DNA of 64,000 bases from Bdellovibrionales bacterium (GTDB lineage: Bacteria > Bdellovibrionota > Bdellovibrionia > Bdellovibrionales > UBA1609). Both the position numbers and the translations under genes were made by a program. Position 1 is the stretch's first letter. Every line of letters begins with the position of its first letter. Positions 10,865 to 21,293 of the stretch are shown here, piece after piece. The DNA lies in contig CBDCMT010000001.1 in NCBI GenBank assembly GCA_965219095.1, forward strand, positions 832,001-896,000, in the 5' to 3' direction. Below the pieces are notes generated by a model, which was not told the origin of the DNA, searched no databases, and saw nothing but the letters and a program-made list of their open reading frames with translations.

Positions 10865-12919
10865 ATGAAATATTTTAGATTAACAAAGCTTTTTTACAAT
10901 TTAGGAGGACAGTTTTACCTTTCTTTTTTTAAAAAAACTTTATTGTTTTTTTTATCTGCCCTACTTCTCATTCAAGGCTCCTATGGCTTAAAGCCTAAGG
11001 TTTCTTATAGCAAAAGTCATGAGGACTCAAAATTTGTGCAAGCACTTTCTAAACTTCAGACTAAAGTCCTTAAAGCAGGTGATGAGTTTTTTGAGGAAGC
11101 AAAAACTTTTTTTGTCTCTGAAACTGTTCAGTCAGTTGATTTAGGTGGAGGGATTAAAGTTTTATCCGGGAAGCTTCAAAATGATTCTTCCTTAGAAATT
11201 ATAAGACGTTTAATAAAACAAATAATGTCTGAAATTGATTTAGAAAGAACCTCTGGATCATTGCAAAAGGATCAAAAACTTTTTAAAGTGCTTAAAAAGC
11301 TTGAAAGCAAAAGCTCTTATGAAGATAACAGGAGACGTTTGACTTTATTGCGTTTTACTATGGTGGGAGGGATGTCAGGATTTTCTATTTATATAGGAAA
11401 CCCTGAGGCTCCTTGGCTGATGGCCTCCTTAGTGGCAGGAAGTTTTTCGGCTTTGATACAATATGCAAATCATACTTTCTTGGATTTTTTAGAATACAAA
11501 TTTAAAATTCCAAGATTTTCTACATCTCAAGGATCTTTTCAAGGTTACAGTGTTTTTGATAAAGAAGCAAAACAAATACTTTTTGAAAAAATATTAGAAC
11601 TTGAGAAGTATGTATCTTCCAGAAAAGATTCTGATTTCGATCGTTTCGTGTTTCAAGAAAAAGTTACTTTCATTTTAAATTCTTTAAGTGCTTTCAAAAT
11701 GAATGAGAATGTTCGAGAAAAGCTTAAAGAAAAGTACGACAAGATTTCATCTAAAATGAATCATTTGAAAAACAATCCTAAGTTTGACAAACAAGAGTTA
11801 GAGCAGGCAAAAAAAGAACTCTATCTTAAATCCGTAGAGCTTTCTTCTTATTTAGTTTATTCTCATCATATGGAAAAAATTCAAGGATTTTTTACTTCTT
11901 TAAGAGAGGACTTACATCAGTTAGAAAAAATAAATATGAACTTAGAAAGTAGGGGACGGCGTTTAAGAAATTTAGTAAAGGTGGTTGAGAGTATAGAGCC
12001 TCAGAAACTTACAGTTCTGAATTTAGAAGCAGGCCTTAAAAGTCTTAATTTAAGATTAACCCTTTTAGGAGTAAAAGATGTTGTGAAATTCATAAAAGAA
12101 AAGTCTAAGAATGTACATATACAAATTCTTGATAAAACAAAAAGAATAAGTAAATCTAGTATGTATTTTAAGTGGTGGCTTACTGAAGTGGCTTACCTTT
12201 CTCTTATTCCCATGTTCGTGGGAGTTTTTAGTTCGCAAGTAAATGCTACTCATTCTTTTTTGGAAGTTATCACCGTAGCAACTATAGCTACTATCTTTCA
12301 AGGCTCTTTAGAAAGAGTAAACATTCAACATCGCAGAAGGGAGGAAAAAGAGCTTTCAAAGGAATTGATAGAGAATATAGGAGGAGAAAAGAGAGTGCAT
12401 TTTGTAAACTTAGCCTTCCAAGCTCTTCTTTTAGGTAAAGACTTAAGTAAAGAAAATGAAACACTTATTTCTAAGCTAAAGGATGAATACATGAAAGAAG
12501 GGAATACAAATTTGGTGATAAAAATTCTAAATGATGAAAGGTTAGATGAATTGATCCCTCAAGCTAGAGAAGTGATGCTTAAAGCTCTTGTGAAAGACAT
12601 GATAGAGAATCCAAGTGAATTTTCTAAACAAAAAACTTACAAAGAACTCTACCATCATAATAAAAAAATCGTTAATATAAGAAGTATTGGACTTTCAGCC
12701 CTTGCTACAGGTCTAGCTTTAACAGTACTCTTAACGGAACACTCTAAAGTTTTTTTAGGCTTAACAGGCCTAGAACTTTCAATGCTTGCTTTAGGCCCTT
12801 CCTTGGCTTGGCTTCTAGACTTTGTTTTGAAGAGAAAAGAAAAAAAATTAAAGTCTAAAAAAGAGATGTTAAAAGCTCAAAAAAGAAAGAATCTCAATCT
12901 CTGTCCCGGGCTTTTTTAA
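10865..12919 (+). CDS. Hypothetical membrane protein with coiled-coil centre
   Basis: 684-aa ORF, several hydrophobic segments, ends CPGLF. Confidence 0.7.
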   Translation: MKYFRLTKLFYNLGGQFYLSFFKKTLLFFLSALLLIQGSYGLKPKVSYSKSHEDSKFVQALSKLQTKVLKAGDEFFEEAKTFFVSETVQSVDLGGGIKVLSGKLQNDSSLEIIRRLIKQIMSEIDLERTSGSLQKDQKLFKVLKKLESKSSYEDNRRRLTLLRFTMVGGMSGFSIYIGNPEAPWLMASLVAGSFSALIQYANHTFLDFLEYKFKIPRFSTSQGSFQGYSVFDKEAKQILFEKILELEKYVSSRKDSDFDRFVFQEKVTFILNSLSAFKMNENVREKLKEKYDKISSKMNHLKNNPKFDKQELEQAKKELYLKSVELSSYLVYSHHMEKIQGFFTSLREDLHQLEKINMNLESRGRRLRNLVKVVESIEPQKLTVLNLEAGLKSLNLRLTLLGVKDVVKFIKEKSKNVHIQILDKTKRISKSSMYFKWWLTEVAYLSLIPMFVGVFSSQVNATHSFLEVITVATIATIFQGSLERVNIQHRRREEKELSKELIENIGGEKRVHFVNLAFQALLLGKDLSKENETLISKLKDEYMKEGNTNLVIKILNDERLDELIPQAREVMLKALVKDMIENPSEFSKQKTYKELYHHNKKIVNIRSIGLSALATGLALTVLLTEHSKVFLGLTGLELSMLALGPSLAWLLDFVLKRKEKKLKSKKEMLKAQKRKNLNLCPGLF

Positions 12920-13647
12920 AACTCAGCTCCAATAAGAAATTGAAGAGCAAAAGAATCTCCGTTGAGAAATAACTCTGTTGGGATCAGAGCATCGCTATCG
13001 CTATTTGGATCTTTAAAAGAAAAATTTCTTCTTTCTGTTTCTGGGTTAAAAAGCTTATAAAGAAATTCAATTCCTAAGGCAATTTTCTTTCTTACAAGGG
13101 GGAGTTCTAATCCTAAACCTATATGGGCTCCTACAAAAGGATCACTAAAAGCATCAGTTTTGGCTGTAGCACGTTTAAAAAGGTAAAAATAATTGAGTCC
13201 TAAAAGAATATAAGGGTTGAGGAGGCTTATTTTTTGTATGGTCTTTTCAGGATTGATATAAGTTCTAAAACCTATGGAGTTATCTAGATGTGAGAGGACA
13301 AGCCTATGCTGAACTGTGTTTCCTTCTTGATTGTGATGTTCATAATCTTCAGGAATTTTTGCAAAAACAAAAGTATAGTAAAGAGAAAAACGAAGACTTA
13401 GAAAGTAATTAATAAAAAGACCTACATGAGGGGAGTTTCGATTCAATTGAGCATAGCCTTTTGTGAAGCCTGTATAACCTGCAATAAAGCCTATATCAAA
13501 AAATCTTCCATGACGAAAAAAATCAATATACCTTTGTTCTTCTCCCTCGTTTTGAAAACTTTCAAACTGACTGTGGTGAACGAAAGGGTCAGATTGTGAG
13601 TCCTGAGCTTGAGAAAAAGAGAATAGAAAAAAGAGTAAAAAGAACAT
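12916..13647 (-). CDS. Outer-membrane beta-barrel domain protein
   Basis: Signal peptide MFFLLFFLFSFSQA, alternating aromatic strands, C-terminal Phe; start moved to ATG 13647 to avoid overlap with purM. Confidence 0.75.
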   Translation of the reverse strand: MFFLLFFLFSFSQAQDSQSDPFVHHSQFESFQNEGEEQRYIDFFRHGRFFDIGFIAGYTGFTKGYAQLNRNSPHVGLFINYFLSLRFSLYYTFVFAKIPEDYEHHNQEGNTVQHRLVLSHLDNSIGFRTYINPEKTIQKISLLNPYILLGLNYFYLFKRATAKTDAFSDPFVGAHIGLGLELPLVRKKIALGIEFLYKLFNPETERRNFSFKDPNSDSDALIPTELFLNGDSFALQFLIGAEF

Positions 13648-13710
13648 ATTTTTATTATAAAAAGATTTCGGTTGACCGCATAGGCTAGTTTTTGTTAATT
13701 TATCTTTAAA

Positions 13711-14715
13711 ATGAGTGGTAGTTATGAAAAAGCAGGAGTTCATATTAAAGAGGCTGATAGGTTGGTTTCATGGCTTAAAAACAAGCCCTTTGTTAGGCCA
13801 CAGAAAGGGTTTGAGGGTTTAGGTGGCTTTTCAGCTCTTTTCAAAGTTGATTTTTCTTCTATAAAAAAACCCTATCTTGCTAGCTCCACAGACGGAGTAG
13901 GAACAAAGCTTAAACTTGCCTGTCAGTTTCAAGAGTATGAGGGTTTAGGCCAAGATCTTGTGGCTATGTGTTTAAATGATTTGGTTTCTTCTGGAGCTAA
14001 TCCTTTGTTTTTTTTAGATTATTTTTCTACATCGATCTTGGATTTAAAACAAGCTAAAGAGTTTTTAAGTGCTGTAGGACGTGCTTGTAAGGTGTGTGGG
14101 TGTGCTTTAATAGGAGGTGAAACAGCTGAGATGCCGGGAATTTACTCTCAAGGGATTTTTGATTGTGCTGGTTTTGCTGTAGGAGTTGTGGATGAGGATG
14201 AAATTTTAAGCTCTTTAAAAGTAAAACCTCAAGATGTAATCATAGGAGTTTCAAGTTCCGGCTTTCATAGCAACGGCTACTCTCTTCTGATCCATGTTTT
14301 TGAAAAGGATTTAGAAGAATATAAAAAGGAGCTTCTGAAACCGACTTACCTTTATGTAGAACTTATGAAGCATTTAAAACCTTTAGGTTCTAGTTTAAAA
14401 GCTGCCGCTCATATTACAGGGGGAGGATGGGACAATCTTTTAAGAGTTTTACCTCAAGGACTTGAGGCGAAACTTAAGAGTTGGAGGATTCCTTACCCTT
14501 TTAAAGAGGTTCAAAAAAGAATTGGGCTTTCAGATGAGGAGGCTTTGAGAACATTTAATTGCGGTGTGGGTTTGATGTTGATTTTAGATTCTGAATCTAT
14601 AAACTTTTGTAAAAAACAAATTGAGGGCTTAGGTTTTAGTTATTTTGAACTCGGTGAAGTTGTTAAAGGTGAATCAGAAAAGAAAGCTCCTCTATGGAGT
14701 TTTAATGCCTTTTGA
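13711..14715 (+). CDS. purM: Phosphoribosylformylglycinamidine cyclo-ligase
   Basis: STDGVGTK, GGETAEMPG, HSNGYSL, HITGGG. Confidence 0.97.
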   Translation: MSGSYEKAGVHIKEADRLVSWLKNKPFVRPQKGFEGLGGFSALFKVDFSSIKKPYLASSTDGVGTKLKLACQFQEYEGLGQDLVAMCLNDLVSSGANPLFFLDYFSTSILDLKQAKEFLSAVGRACKVCGCALIGGETAEMPGIYSQGIFDCAGFAVGVVDEDEILSSLKVKPQDVIIGVSSSGFHSNGYSLLIHVFEKDLEEYKKELLKPTYLYVELMKHLKPLGSSLKAAAHITGGGWDNLLRVLPQGLEAKLKSWRIPYPFKEVQKRIGLSDEEALRTFNCGVGLMLILDSESINFCKKQIEGLGFSYFELGEVVKGESEKKAPLWSFNAF

Positions 14716-15865
14716 TGTTCTTGTTCTCTCAGCTTTTGAAAGAGGTGATTGGCTGGCTGGTGAATTGAAAGAAAAGAACTTAAATGTAGTACTTTGTGAT
14801 GTTTCGCAACTTTTAGAGGATTCTTTTGTAGGAGATCCTTTTGGCTTTTTTTCTTCTTCTTGTCTTAAAACTTCTCAGATGAACTTCTTAGAGCATGCCT
14901 GTCAAACCAAACCTACAAGTTTTCACATCCTTTTAAAAGAAGGGCCTTTCATAGCTGGGCATCCTCTCACAGATTTTTGGCTTTCTCAAAATGACTTTAA
15001 ACTTTCCTGGGAGTATTTGTTTGAATACCCTCGTTTATCTAGAAAGGAGAGAAAAGAAAGCAGGAAAGTGCTTGAAAAAAAACCTTTTTGTTTTTCTTGG
15101 CTTGCTTACCTGAGTCACTTTTTAGCTTCCAGTTATTATTATGATTCTTATACAGATTTGAAAAACGAACCTCTCTTTTTTCATGATATATGGTATGGAA
15201 GATATAAAACAGAAAGGTTTTATCATGAGAGCTTTGCTGAAAAACAAAAGGTTTTAGTCTTAAATCCCATAAAGCCTATGTCTTCTTTTAGGCTGGGAAA
15301 GGTCAAAAAAATAAAGTTTGATGATTTAGGAGAAATAGAAGCTCAAAAGCTTGTTATAAGCCTTAATGAGAACGAACTTAAAGACATAGGATTTTCTTTT
15401 CAAACGCCTTACAAAAAACAAAAACCTCTTTTGTTTTGGTCTAAAATGTCTCTTAAGAGTTCTTGTTGGCAAAGTCATTGGGGGGAGAGGTTTTTATGGC
15501 TCCATAACAAAGACTTTTCTTGGACTCATGAGAATTTATGTGTTATTCAAAACTTAGGGGATAGGCTGGAGGTATGGTTAAGGCTACCTTACTGCTTTCA
15601 GTATCCAGATTATAGGGATAGGCTTTTGAGTACTCAATCTAAGTTTTTGGAAACGTTCCAAAAGAAAATACCTGTAGGGAATTTAAAAGTTCTCAAAGAG
15701 CTTGAGCTTGTTCGTTCGCTTCCTGTCTATAGGAGAGAGGAAAAAAAACAGAAGATGGAAATGGCTTATGGCGTTTGGTGGGATTCAGTAGAACTTTCTA
15801 GAAGGCTTGATTGGAAAGGACGGTTTGATCATCAAGAAAAGATTATAGAGGAGATGGGTTTTTGA
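14705..15865 (+). CDS. Hypothetical protein between purM and purB
   Basis: Long ORF overlapping the purM stop and purB start; no recognisable motif. Confidence 0.7.
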   Translation: MPFDVLVLSAFERGDWLAGELKEKNLNVVLCDVSQLLEDSFVGDPFGFFSSSCLKTSQMNFLEHACQTKPTSFHILLKEGPFIAGHPLTDFWLSQNDFKLSWEYLFEYPRLSRKERKESRKVLEKKPFCFSWLAYLSHFLASSYYYDSYTDLKNEPLFFHDIWYGRYKTERFYHESFAEKQKVLVLNPIKPMSSFRLGKVKKIKFDDLGEIEAQKLVISLNENELKDIGFSFQTPYKKQKPLLFWSKMSLKSSCWQSHWGERFLWLHNKDFSWTHENLCVIQNLGDRLEVWLRLPYCFQYPDYRDRLLSTQSKFLETFQKKIPVGNLKVLKELELVRSLPVYRREEKKQKMEMAYGVWWDSVELSRRLDWKGRFDHQEKIIEEMGF

Positions 15866-17160
15866 TTGACAGATACACAACAGAAAAGATGGGAAGAGTT
15901 TGGACTTTAGAGAATAAGTTTCAAAAAATGCTACAGGTGGAGCAGGCTGTGGCTTTTGTGCAGTCATCTTGTGGTATGATTTCTAAAAAAGCAGCCCAAG
16001 ACATTTGCAAAACAAAAAAAATCTCAGTTAAAAAAATTTTGGAAGTTGAAAAAAAAACTCATCACGATGTAACAGCTTTTGTCCAAAGTGTAGCAGAAAC
16101 TTTAGGTTCTTCGGGAGATTATTTTCACTATGGTCTTACATCTTCAGACGTTTTAGACACAGGACTTTCTTTACAGGTAAGAGAAGCAGGAGAGGTTTTA
16201 AAAAGAAGTTTAAAAGAGCTAGAAAAAAACCTTATTTCTCAAATTCGTCGCCATAAAAAAACTCTTTGTGTTGGGAGAACCCATGGTTGTCATGCAGAAC
16301 CTACAACTTTTGGCTATAAGTTATCAGGTTATTTTGCTGAACTTCAAAGAAGTAAAGGAAGGTTTGAGAGAGCTCTCTTACAGATGCAGGTGGGAAAGTT
16401 TAGCGGAGCTGTAGGGGCTTATTCTTTAATAACTCCCTCCTTAGAAAAAAAAATCTGCTCATACCTCAAACTTAAATGTGAAACCATTGCCACTCAAGTT
16501 ATTCCTAGGGATCGTCACTGTGAACTTTTAGGGTCCTTATGCTTTTTAGGGCTTTTTTTAGAAAGATTGTCAGTAGAACTGCGACATCTTCAAAGAACAG
16601 AGGTAGGAGAGGTTTCAGAGAAGTTTTCTAAAGGACAAACTGGCTCAAGTGCTATGCCTCACAAAAAAAACCCCATTAGTGCTGAAAACCTTTCAGGAAC
16701 AGCCAGACTTTTAAGAAGTTATTTTCTTGCCTCTCAAGAAAATCTAGCTCTTTGGCATGAAAGAGATATAAGCCACTCCTGCGTAGAAAGAGTAAGCTTT
16801 CCTGATTCCTTTATCTTGTGTGATTATGCTGTAAATCGTATGTCAAATCTCTTAACTCACTTAGAGGTCAACTCTTCTCGTATGTTGGAGAATATGGAAC
16901 TTTCTCAAGGACAGGTGTTTACTTCTTATCTGCTTATGGTTTTGATAAAAAAAGGCTGGTCTAGGAATAAGGCTTATAAGCTGTTGCAGTCCACAAGCCA
17001 TAGGCTTAAAGCTTGTGAGAATTTAAAAGAAAAGCTTTATGAAGATGAAAATATCAAACAGTCATTCAAGAAAAAGGAATGGAATGATATTTTCTCTGGG
17101 AAATATCATATAAAAGATCTCACAAAAGTTATTGAAAAAAGAATTCTATGTGGACGGTAG
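15862..17160 (+). CDS. purB: Adenylosuccinate lyase
   Basis: HYGLTSSD, GRTHG, GSSAMPHKKNP. Confidence 0.97.
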   Translation: MIDRYTTEKMGRVWTLENKFQKMLQVEQAVAFVQSSCGMISKKAAQDICKTKKISVKKILEVEKKTHHDVTAFVQSVAETLGSSGDYFHYGLTSSDVLDTGLSLQVREAGEVLKRSLKELEKNLISQIRRHKKTLCVGRTHGCHAEPTTFGYKLSGYFAELQRSKGRFERALLQMQVGKFSGAVGAYSLITPSLEKKICSYLKLKCETIATQVIPRDRHCELLGSLCFLGLFLERLSVELRHLQRTEVGEVSEKFSKGQTGSSAMPHKKNPISAENLSGTARLLRSYFLASQENLALWHERDISHSCVERVSFPDSFILCDYAVNRMSNLLTHLEVNSSRMLENMELSQGQVFTSYLLMVLIKKGWSRNKAYKLLQSTSHRLKACENLKEKLYEDENIKQSFKKKEWNDIFSGKYHIKDLTKVIEKRILCGR

Positions 17161-17867
17161 GAAGTCTTCTTTACAAAGGAAAAGCCAAAGAAGTGTATGC
17201 GGTTAAAGGTGCTAAAAACTATGTTTGCCTTCAATTTAATGATTCTCTTACAGCCTTCAATGGAAGAAAAAGGGGAACGTTTTCTAAAAAAGGCCAGATC
17301 AATCGTGATATTTCTTCTTACTTGTTCCAAAAATTAGAAAAAGAAGGAGTTATGACTCATTGGGTGAGTGATCATAACTCTTCCTCTCTTATAGTAAAGA
17401 AGCTGGATATGATCTTTTTAGAAGTGATTGTAAGAAATTTTTTAGCTGGATCTACGGCTCAAAAGTTCAAGCTTAAAGAGGGAGAAAAGCTCTCACAGCC
17501 TCTTTTAGAACTTTACTATAAAGATGATAAACTGCAGGATCCTTTTATTAATGATGAGCAAGCTCTTTGGCTTAAAGCAGTTGATAGTTTGAAAGACATA
17601 AAGCAACTTAAAACTCTAGCTTTGGATATCAATCAGAGGCTTACGAAGGTTTTTTCAAAAATTGGCATTGATGTGATTGATTTTAAATTAGAGTTTGGAA
17701 AAAAAGATTATAAGTTCATTTTAGCTGATGAATTAAGTCCTGATAATTTTCGTTTATGGGATCAAAAAACAAAAAAAAGATTAGATAAGGATCGATTTCG
17801 TAAGGACTTAGGAGGAGTGAGAGAAGCTTACGATGAAGTCTTGGTGCGTATAAAAAAAGGAGAGTAA
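17148..17867 (+). CDS. purC: SAICAR synthetase
   Basis: YKGKAKEVY, DFKLEFG, ADELSPD, LDKDRFR. Confidence 0.97.
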   Translation: MWTVGSLLYKGKAKEVYAVKGAKNYVCLQFNDSLTAFNGRKRGTFSKKGQINRDISSYLFQKLEKEGVMTHWVSDHNSSSLIVKKLDMIFLEVIVRNFLAGSTAQKFKLKEGEKLSQPLLELYYKDDKLQDPFINDEQALWLKAVDSLKDIKQLKTLALDINQRLTKVFSKIGIDVIDFKLEFGKKDYKFILADELSPDNFRLWDQKTKKRLDKDRFRKDLGGVREAYDEVLVRIKKGE

Positions 17868-17874
17868 AGAAGGA

Positions 17875-18123
17875 ATGAAGAGGTATAAAATTTTTTTTCA
17901 AATATTACCTAAACAAGACGTCTTAGATGTAGAAGGACGTGCTGTACAAAGAAAATTGGAACAAGAGAAGTTTCCTGTTAAACACTGTCGGATAGGAAAA
18001 TGTATAGATATGGAAGTGGAAGCCCCTAATCTTGAAGAAGTTAAAAGGAAAGCTAAAGAGATGGCTGATAAAATTCTTTTCAATCCTCTTGTAGAAGATT
18101 ATAAGTTTGAGATTCTTTCATGA
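17875..18123 (+). CDS. purS: FGAM synthase subunit PurS
   Basis: VLDVEG, RIGK, NPLVEDY. Confidence 0.92.
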   Translation: MKRYKIFFQILPKQDVLDVEGRAVQRKLEQEKFPVKHCRIGKCIDMEVEAPNLEEVKRKAKEMADKILFNPLVEDYKFEILS

Positions 18124-18782
18124 AACCTGTAGGTATTTTTCAATTTTTAGGAAGTAATTGTGATAGGGATGTTAAAAAAGCTTTAGACCACTTAGGCTTG
18201 AAGAATGAGTTTCTTTGGGGGGAGGATTTTTTTTCCCCTTCAGATTTTTCAGCTTTTATTCTGCCGGGAGGTTTTAGCTATGGAGATTACTTGAGAGCAG
18301 GTGCTTTAGCGAGCTTATCTTCCAGCATTCAATCTTTAAAGGAAGCTAGTAAAAAAGGTATGCCTATTTTAGGTATTTGTAACGGCTTTCAAATTTTATG
18401 TGAAACAGGTCTATTAGAAGGCTGTCTTCTTACAAATGAAACAGGAGCCTTTATTGATAAAGAAGTTGAGATTTGTGTAAGCTCAACTTGTCCCTTTTGG
18501 GGTGGAGAAAAAATAAAGACTCATAAGCTTCCCATAGCTCACAAACAGGGGCGGTTTTTTGCCAAAAAAGAGAGTTTAAAAAGAATGCAGGACGAAGGTC
18601 TGATCTGGCTTGTTTATAAAGAAAATCCCAATGGATCTTTAGCAAATATCGCAGGTGTTTTCAATAAAAACAAAAACATAGCAGGTCTTATGCCTCATCC
18701 AGAAAGAGCTATTTTTTCTTGGTCAGGCGTTAGTCAAGATGGTCTTTTTTATTTTGAAACTTTAAAAAACAAGCTTTCTTGA
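18120..18782 (+). CDS. purQ: FGAM synthase glutaminase subunit
   Basis: GGFSYGDYLR, GICNGFQ, MPHPER. Confidence 0.97.
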   Translation: MKPVGIFQFLGSNCDRDVKKALDHLGLKNEFLWGEDFFSPSDFSAFILPGGFSYGDYLRAGALASLSSSIQSLKEASKKGMPILGICNGFQILCETGLLEGCLLTNETGAFIDKEVEICVSSTCPFWGGEKIKTHKLPIAHKQGRFFAKKESLKRMQDEGLIWLVYKENPNGSLANIAGVFNKNKNIAGLMPHPERAIFSWSGVSQDGLFYFETLKNKLS

Positions 18783-18806
18783 CTTGTGTAAAGTATATTA
18801 TAAAAT
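18779..18806 (+). promoter_or_regulatory. Putative sigma70 promoter of the ABC-pilD unit
   Basis: TTGACT-16 nt-TAAAAT just upstream of ATG 18816. Confidence 0.4.
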
Positions 18807-18815
18807 TAGTTTTGT

Positions 18816-19700
18816 ATGGCTATTTTAGAAGTTAAGAATCTGAAAAAAAGTTATAAAAAAGGGTTTCTTCCTAAAAAAGAAGAAGTTTTAAAGGGAATTA
18901 ACTTTTCGCTACAATCTGGGAGCATTACAGGGTTTTTAGGAGCTAATGGGGCAGGAAAAACAACCACCATGAAATGTCTTTTAGAGTTAGCCTTTCCCGA
19001 TGAAGGTGAAATTTACTATTTTGACGGAAAATCTATTAGTTCCGAAGTTAAAAAAAGAATTGGTTTTCTTCCTGAACGTCCTTATTTTTATGAATACCTT
19101 ACAGGCTATGAGTTTTTACGTTTCTACGGAGAGTTATCCACAGATCTTAAGGCCAAAGATCTCAATGAAAAAATCATATCTCTTTTAAAAAAAGTGGATC
19201 TTTATTTTGCAAAAGATCGCCTCCTTAAAAAATATTCTAAAGGTATGCTTCAAAAAATTGGCTTAGCACAGGCTCTTGTACATAATCCTGAGTTTGTTAT
19301 TTTAGACGAACCTATGTCAGGCCTTGATCCTGATGGTCGCTACTATTTAAGAGAACTTATCTTGAAAACAGCAAAAGAAGGAGCCTCGGTATTTTTTAGT
19401 AGCCACCTTTTACATGATGCTGAGATAATTTGTAAAAATCTTGTAATTTTGAAGGAGGGGCAGGTCATCTACGAAGGGACAACGCAAAATTTATTAGAAG
19501 GTGTTGTTAAAAATGTAGAGATTTTTTATGAGAAAAGAGGAGAAACCCATGTCTTGAAATGTGAGAAAGGTGAAAGTCTGCAAAAAAATATTGATCAATT
19601 AAGACGTCATGGAAATTACATCTTAAGCATCCAAGAAGAAAAAGCAAGTCTTGAGAGTGCTTTTATCTCTATGGCTCTAAGAGAAGGTGAGAAGGAATGA
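18816..19700 (+). CDS. ABC transporter ATPase (myxobacterial PilH-like)
   Basis: GANGAGKT, YSKGM, LDEP; precedes permease and pilD. Confidence 0.92.
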   Translation: MAILEVKNLKKSYKKGFLPKKEEVLKGINFSLQSGSITGFLGANGAGKTTTMKCLLELAFPDEGEIYYFDGKSISSEVKKRIGFLPERPYFYEYLTGYEFLRFYGELSTDLKAKDLNEKIISLLKKVDLYFAKDRLLKKYSKGMLQKIGLAQALVHNPEFVILDEPMSGLDPDGRYYLRELILKTAKEGASVFFSSHLLHDAEIICKNLVILKEGQVIYEGTTQNLLEGVVKNVEIFYEKRGETHVLKCEKGESLQKNIDQLRRHGNYILSIQEEKASLESAFISMALREGEKE

Positions 19701-20464
19701 ACACGATTTTTGTTATCGCTAAAAATACTTTTAGAGAGGTAATTCGTGATCGTATTTTGTACATTCTGTTTTTCTTTGCTGTTTTAGTTATAAGTATGAG
19801 CTTGGTTTTAGGTCAGCTGAGTTTTGGCGAACAGTCCAGAATTGCTGCTAACTATGGTTTTTCTGGAATTCAAATCAGTATGGTTGTGATTTCTATATTT
19901 ATTGGGTGCACATTGGTTCGCAAAGAACTGGATAAAAAAACAGCCTTTACTTTATTAGCACGTCCTGTTACCAGACTTCAGTTTCTTTTATCTAAAATCT
20001 TAGGTTTTTCTTTCGCTGTCTTTTGTCTTCTTATAGGTTTTTGTTTGATTCTTTCTGGGATATTACTGTTTTTAGGGTTTTCTTTTTCCATAACTTTTAT
20101 GGCAGTTTTTTGGGGGATTTACTTAGAAAGTCTACTTCTTGTTTGTTTAAGTGTGCTGTTTTCAACTTTTTCAGGACCCTTTATAGCACCCTCTTTTACG
20201 TTTGGTTGCTTTGTCATTGGTCATTGGGTGAATGATATGAAATTTTTTGCTGATAAAAGTGATTCAGATTTTTTTAAAATATTTGTAGATATTTTTAGAT
20301 CTGTTTTCCCTAATTTAGAAAAGTTTAATTGGAGAGCTTTTCCTATTTATGGCGAAAGCATATCTTTTTATGAAGTTCTTATGAGTACTCTTTACTGCTT
20401 TCTTTGGGTTTTGATTTTGATTTCTTTTTCAGGGCTTTTTCTAAGGAAAAAAGATCTTGTTTGA
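19697..20464 (+). CDS. ABC-2 permease (PilI-like)
   Basis: IAKNTFREVIRDR, LLARPVTR, multiple TM segments. Confidence 0.88.
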   Translation: MNTIFVIAKNTFREVIRDRILYILFFFAVLVISMSLVLGQLSFGEQSRIAANYGFSGIQISMVVISIFIGCTLVRKELDKKTAFTLLARPVTRLQFLLSKILGFSFAVFCLLIGFCLILSGILLFLGFSFSITFMAVFWGIYLESLLLVCLSVLFSTFSGPFIAPSFTFGCFVIGHWVNDMKFFADKSDSDFFKIFVDIFRSVFPNLEKFNWRAFPIYGESISFYEVLMSTLYCFLWVLILISFSGLFLRKKDLV

Positions 20465-21245
20465 CTTTTACTTTGGATGTTTTTTATTTATTTTAGGGCT
20501 TCTTTTTGGAAGCTTAGCTAATGTTATTATTTTAAGACTTCCCAAGAACGAAAGTATTGTTGTTCCTCGAAGTCATTGTCCTCATTGCCATCACATGATA
20601 GCTTGGTATGATAATATTCCTCTTTTATCTTGGTTAATTCTTTTAGGAAGATGTCGGCACTGTAAAGCACAAATCTCTTTTCGCTACCCTTTTGTAGAGC
20701 TTTTAGTCGCTCTTGTGTTTTTAGCTATTTATCTTAGAGGCGGTTTAAGTTGGTTGACTTTAGAGATGATTTTATTTTCATATGGTCTTGTAGTTGTGAG
20801 TTTTATTGATTTGGATCATATGATTTTGCCGGATAGTTTCACTTTGTCAGGTGTTGTAATAGGTCTTTTAGGAGCGGCTTTGAACCCTGAAAGAGATTTT
20901 TTACCAGCTTTAGCAGGTGTTTTTGTTGGCGGAGGGTTTTTATGGTTTGTGGCCTACATGTATTGGATTTGGAGGAAACAAGAAGGCTTAGGCGGTGGTG
21001 ATATTAAACTTCTAGCTTGGATAGGAGCCCTCTTGACTTGGAAATCTTTTCCTTTCGTTATACTATTGTCTAGTTTTTTAGGAATTGTGATAGGAGGATC
21101 TTTTTTACTTTTTAAAGATTCAAGTCTAAAGTCATACATACCTTTTGGCCCTTACTTAGCATTTAGTGCTTTGATGTATTTTTTGTTCGGAGAGAAGGTC
21201 ATTCATATTTACTTCAAACTTTTTCCTCTTCCTATTTTTTCTTGA
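20457..21245 (+). CDS. pilD: Prepilin peptidase
   Basis: RSHCPHC, NIPLLSW, GRCRHC, GGGDIKL, IPFGPYL. Confidence 0.96.
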   Translation: MFDFYFGCFLFILGLLFGSLANVIILRLPKNESIVVPRSHCPHCHHMIAWYDNIPLLSWLILLGRCRHCKAQISFRYPFVELLVALVFLAIYLRGGLSWLTLEMILFSYGLVVVSFIDLDHMILPDSFTLSGVVIGLLGAALNPERDFLPALAGVFVGGGFLWFVAYMYWIWRKQEGLGGGDIKLLAWIGALLTWKSFPFVILLSSFLGIVIGGSFLLFKDSSLKSYIPFGPYLAFSALMYFLFGEKVIHIYFKLFPLPIFS

Positions 21246-21293
21246 GATTGACTTTTGCTAAAGTTTTCAGTTTAATTATAATGAGGGAAACTT

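Noticed and set aside
18120..18816. purL missing after purS-purQ
   Set aside because: purL is often unlinked; absence cannot be judged from one window.
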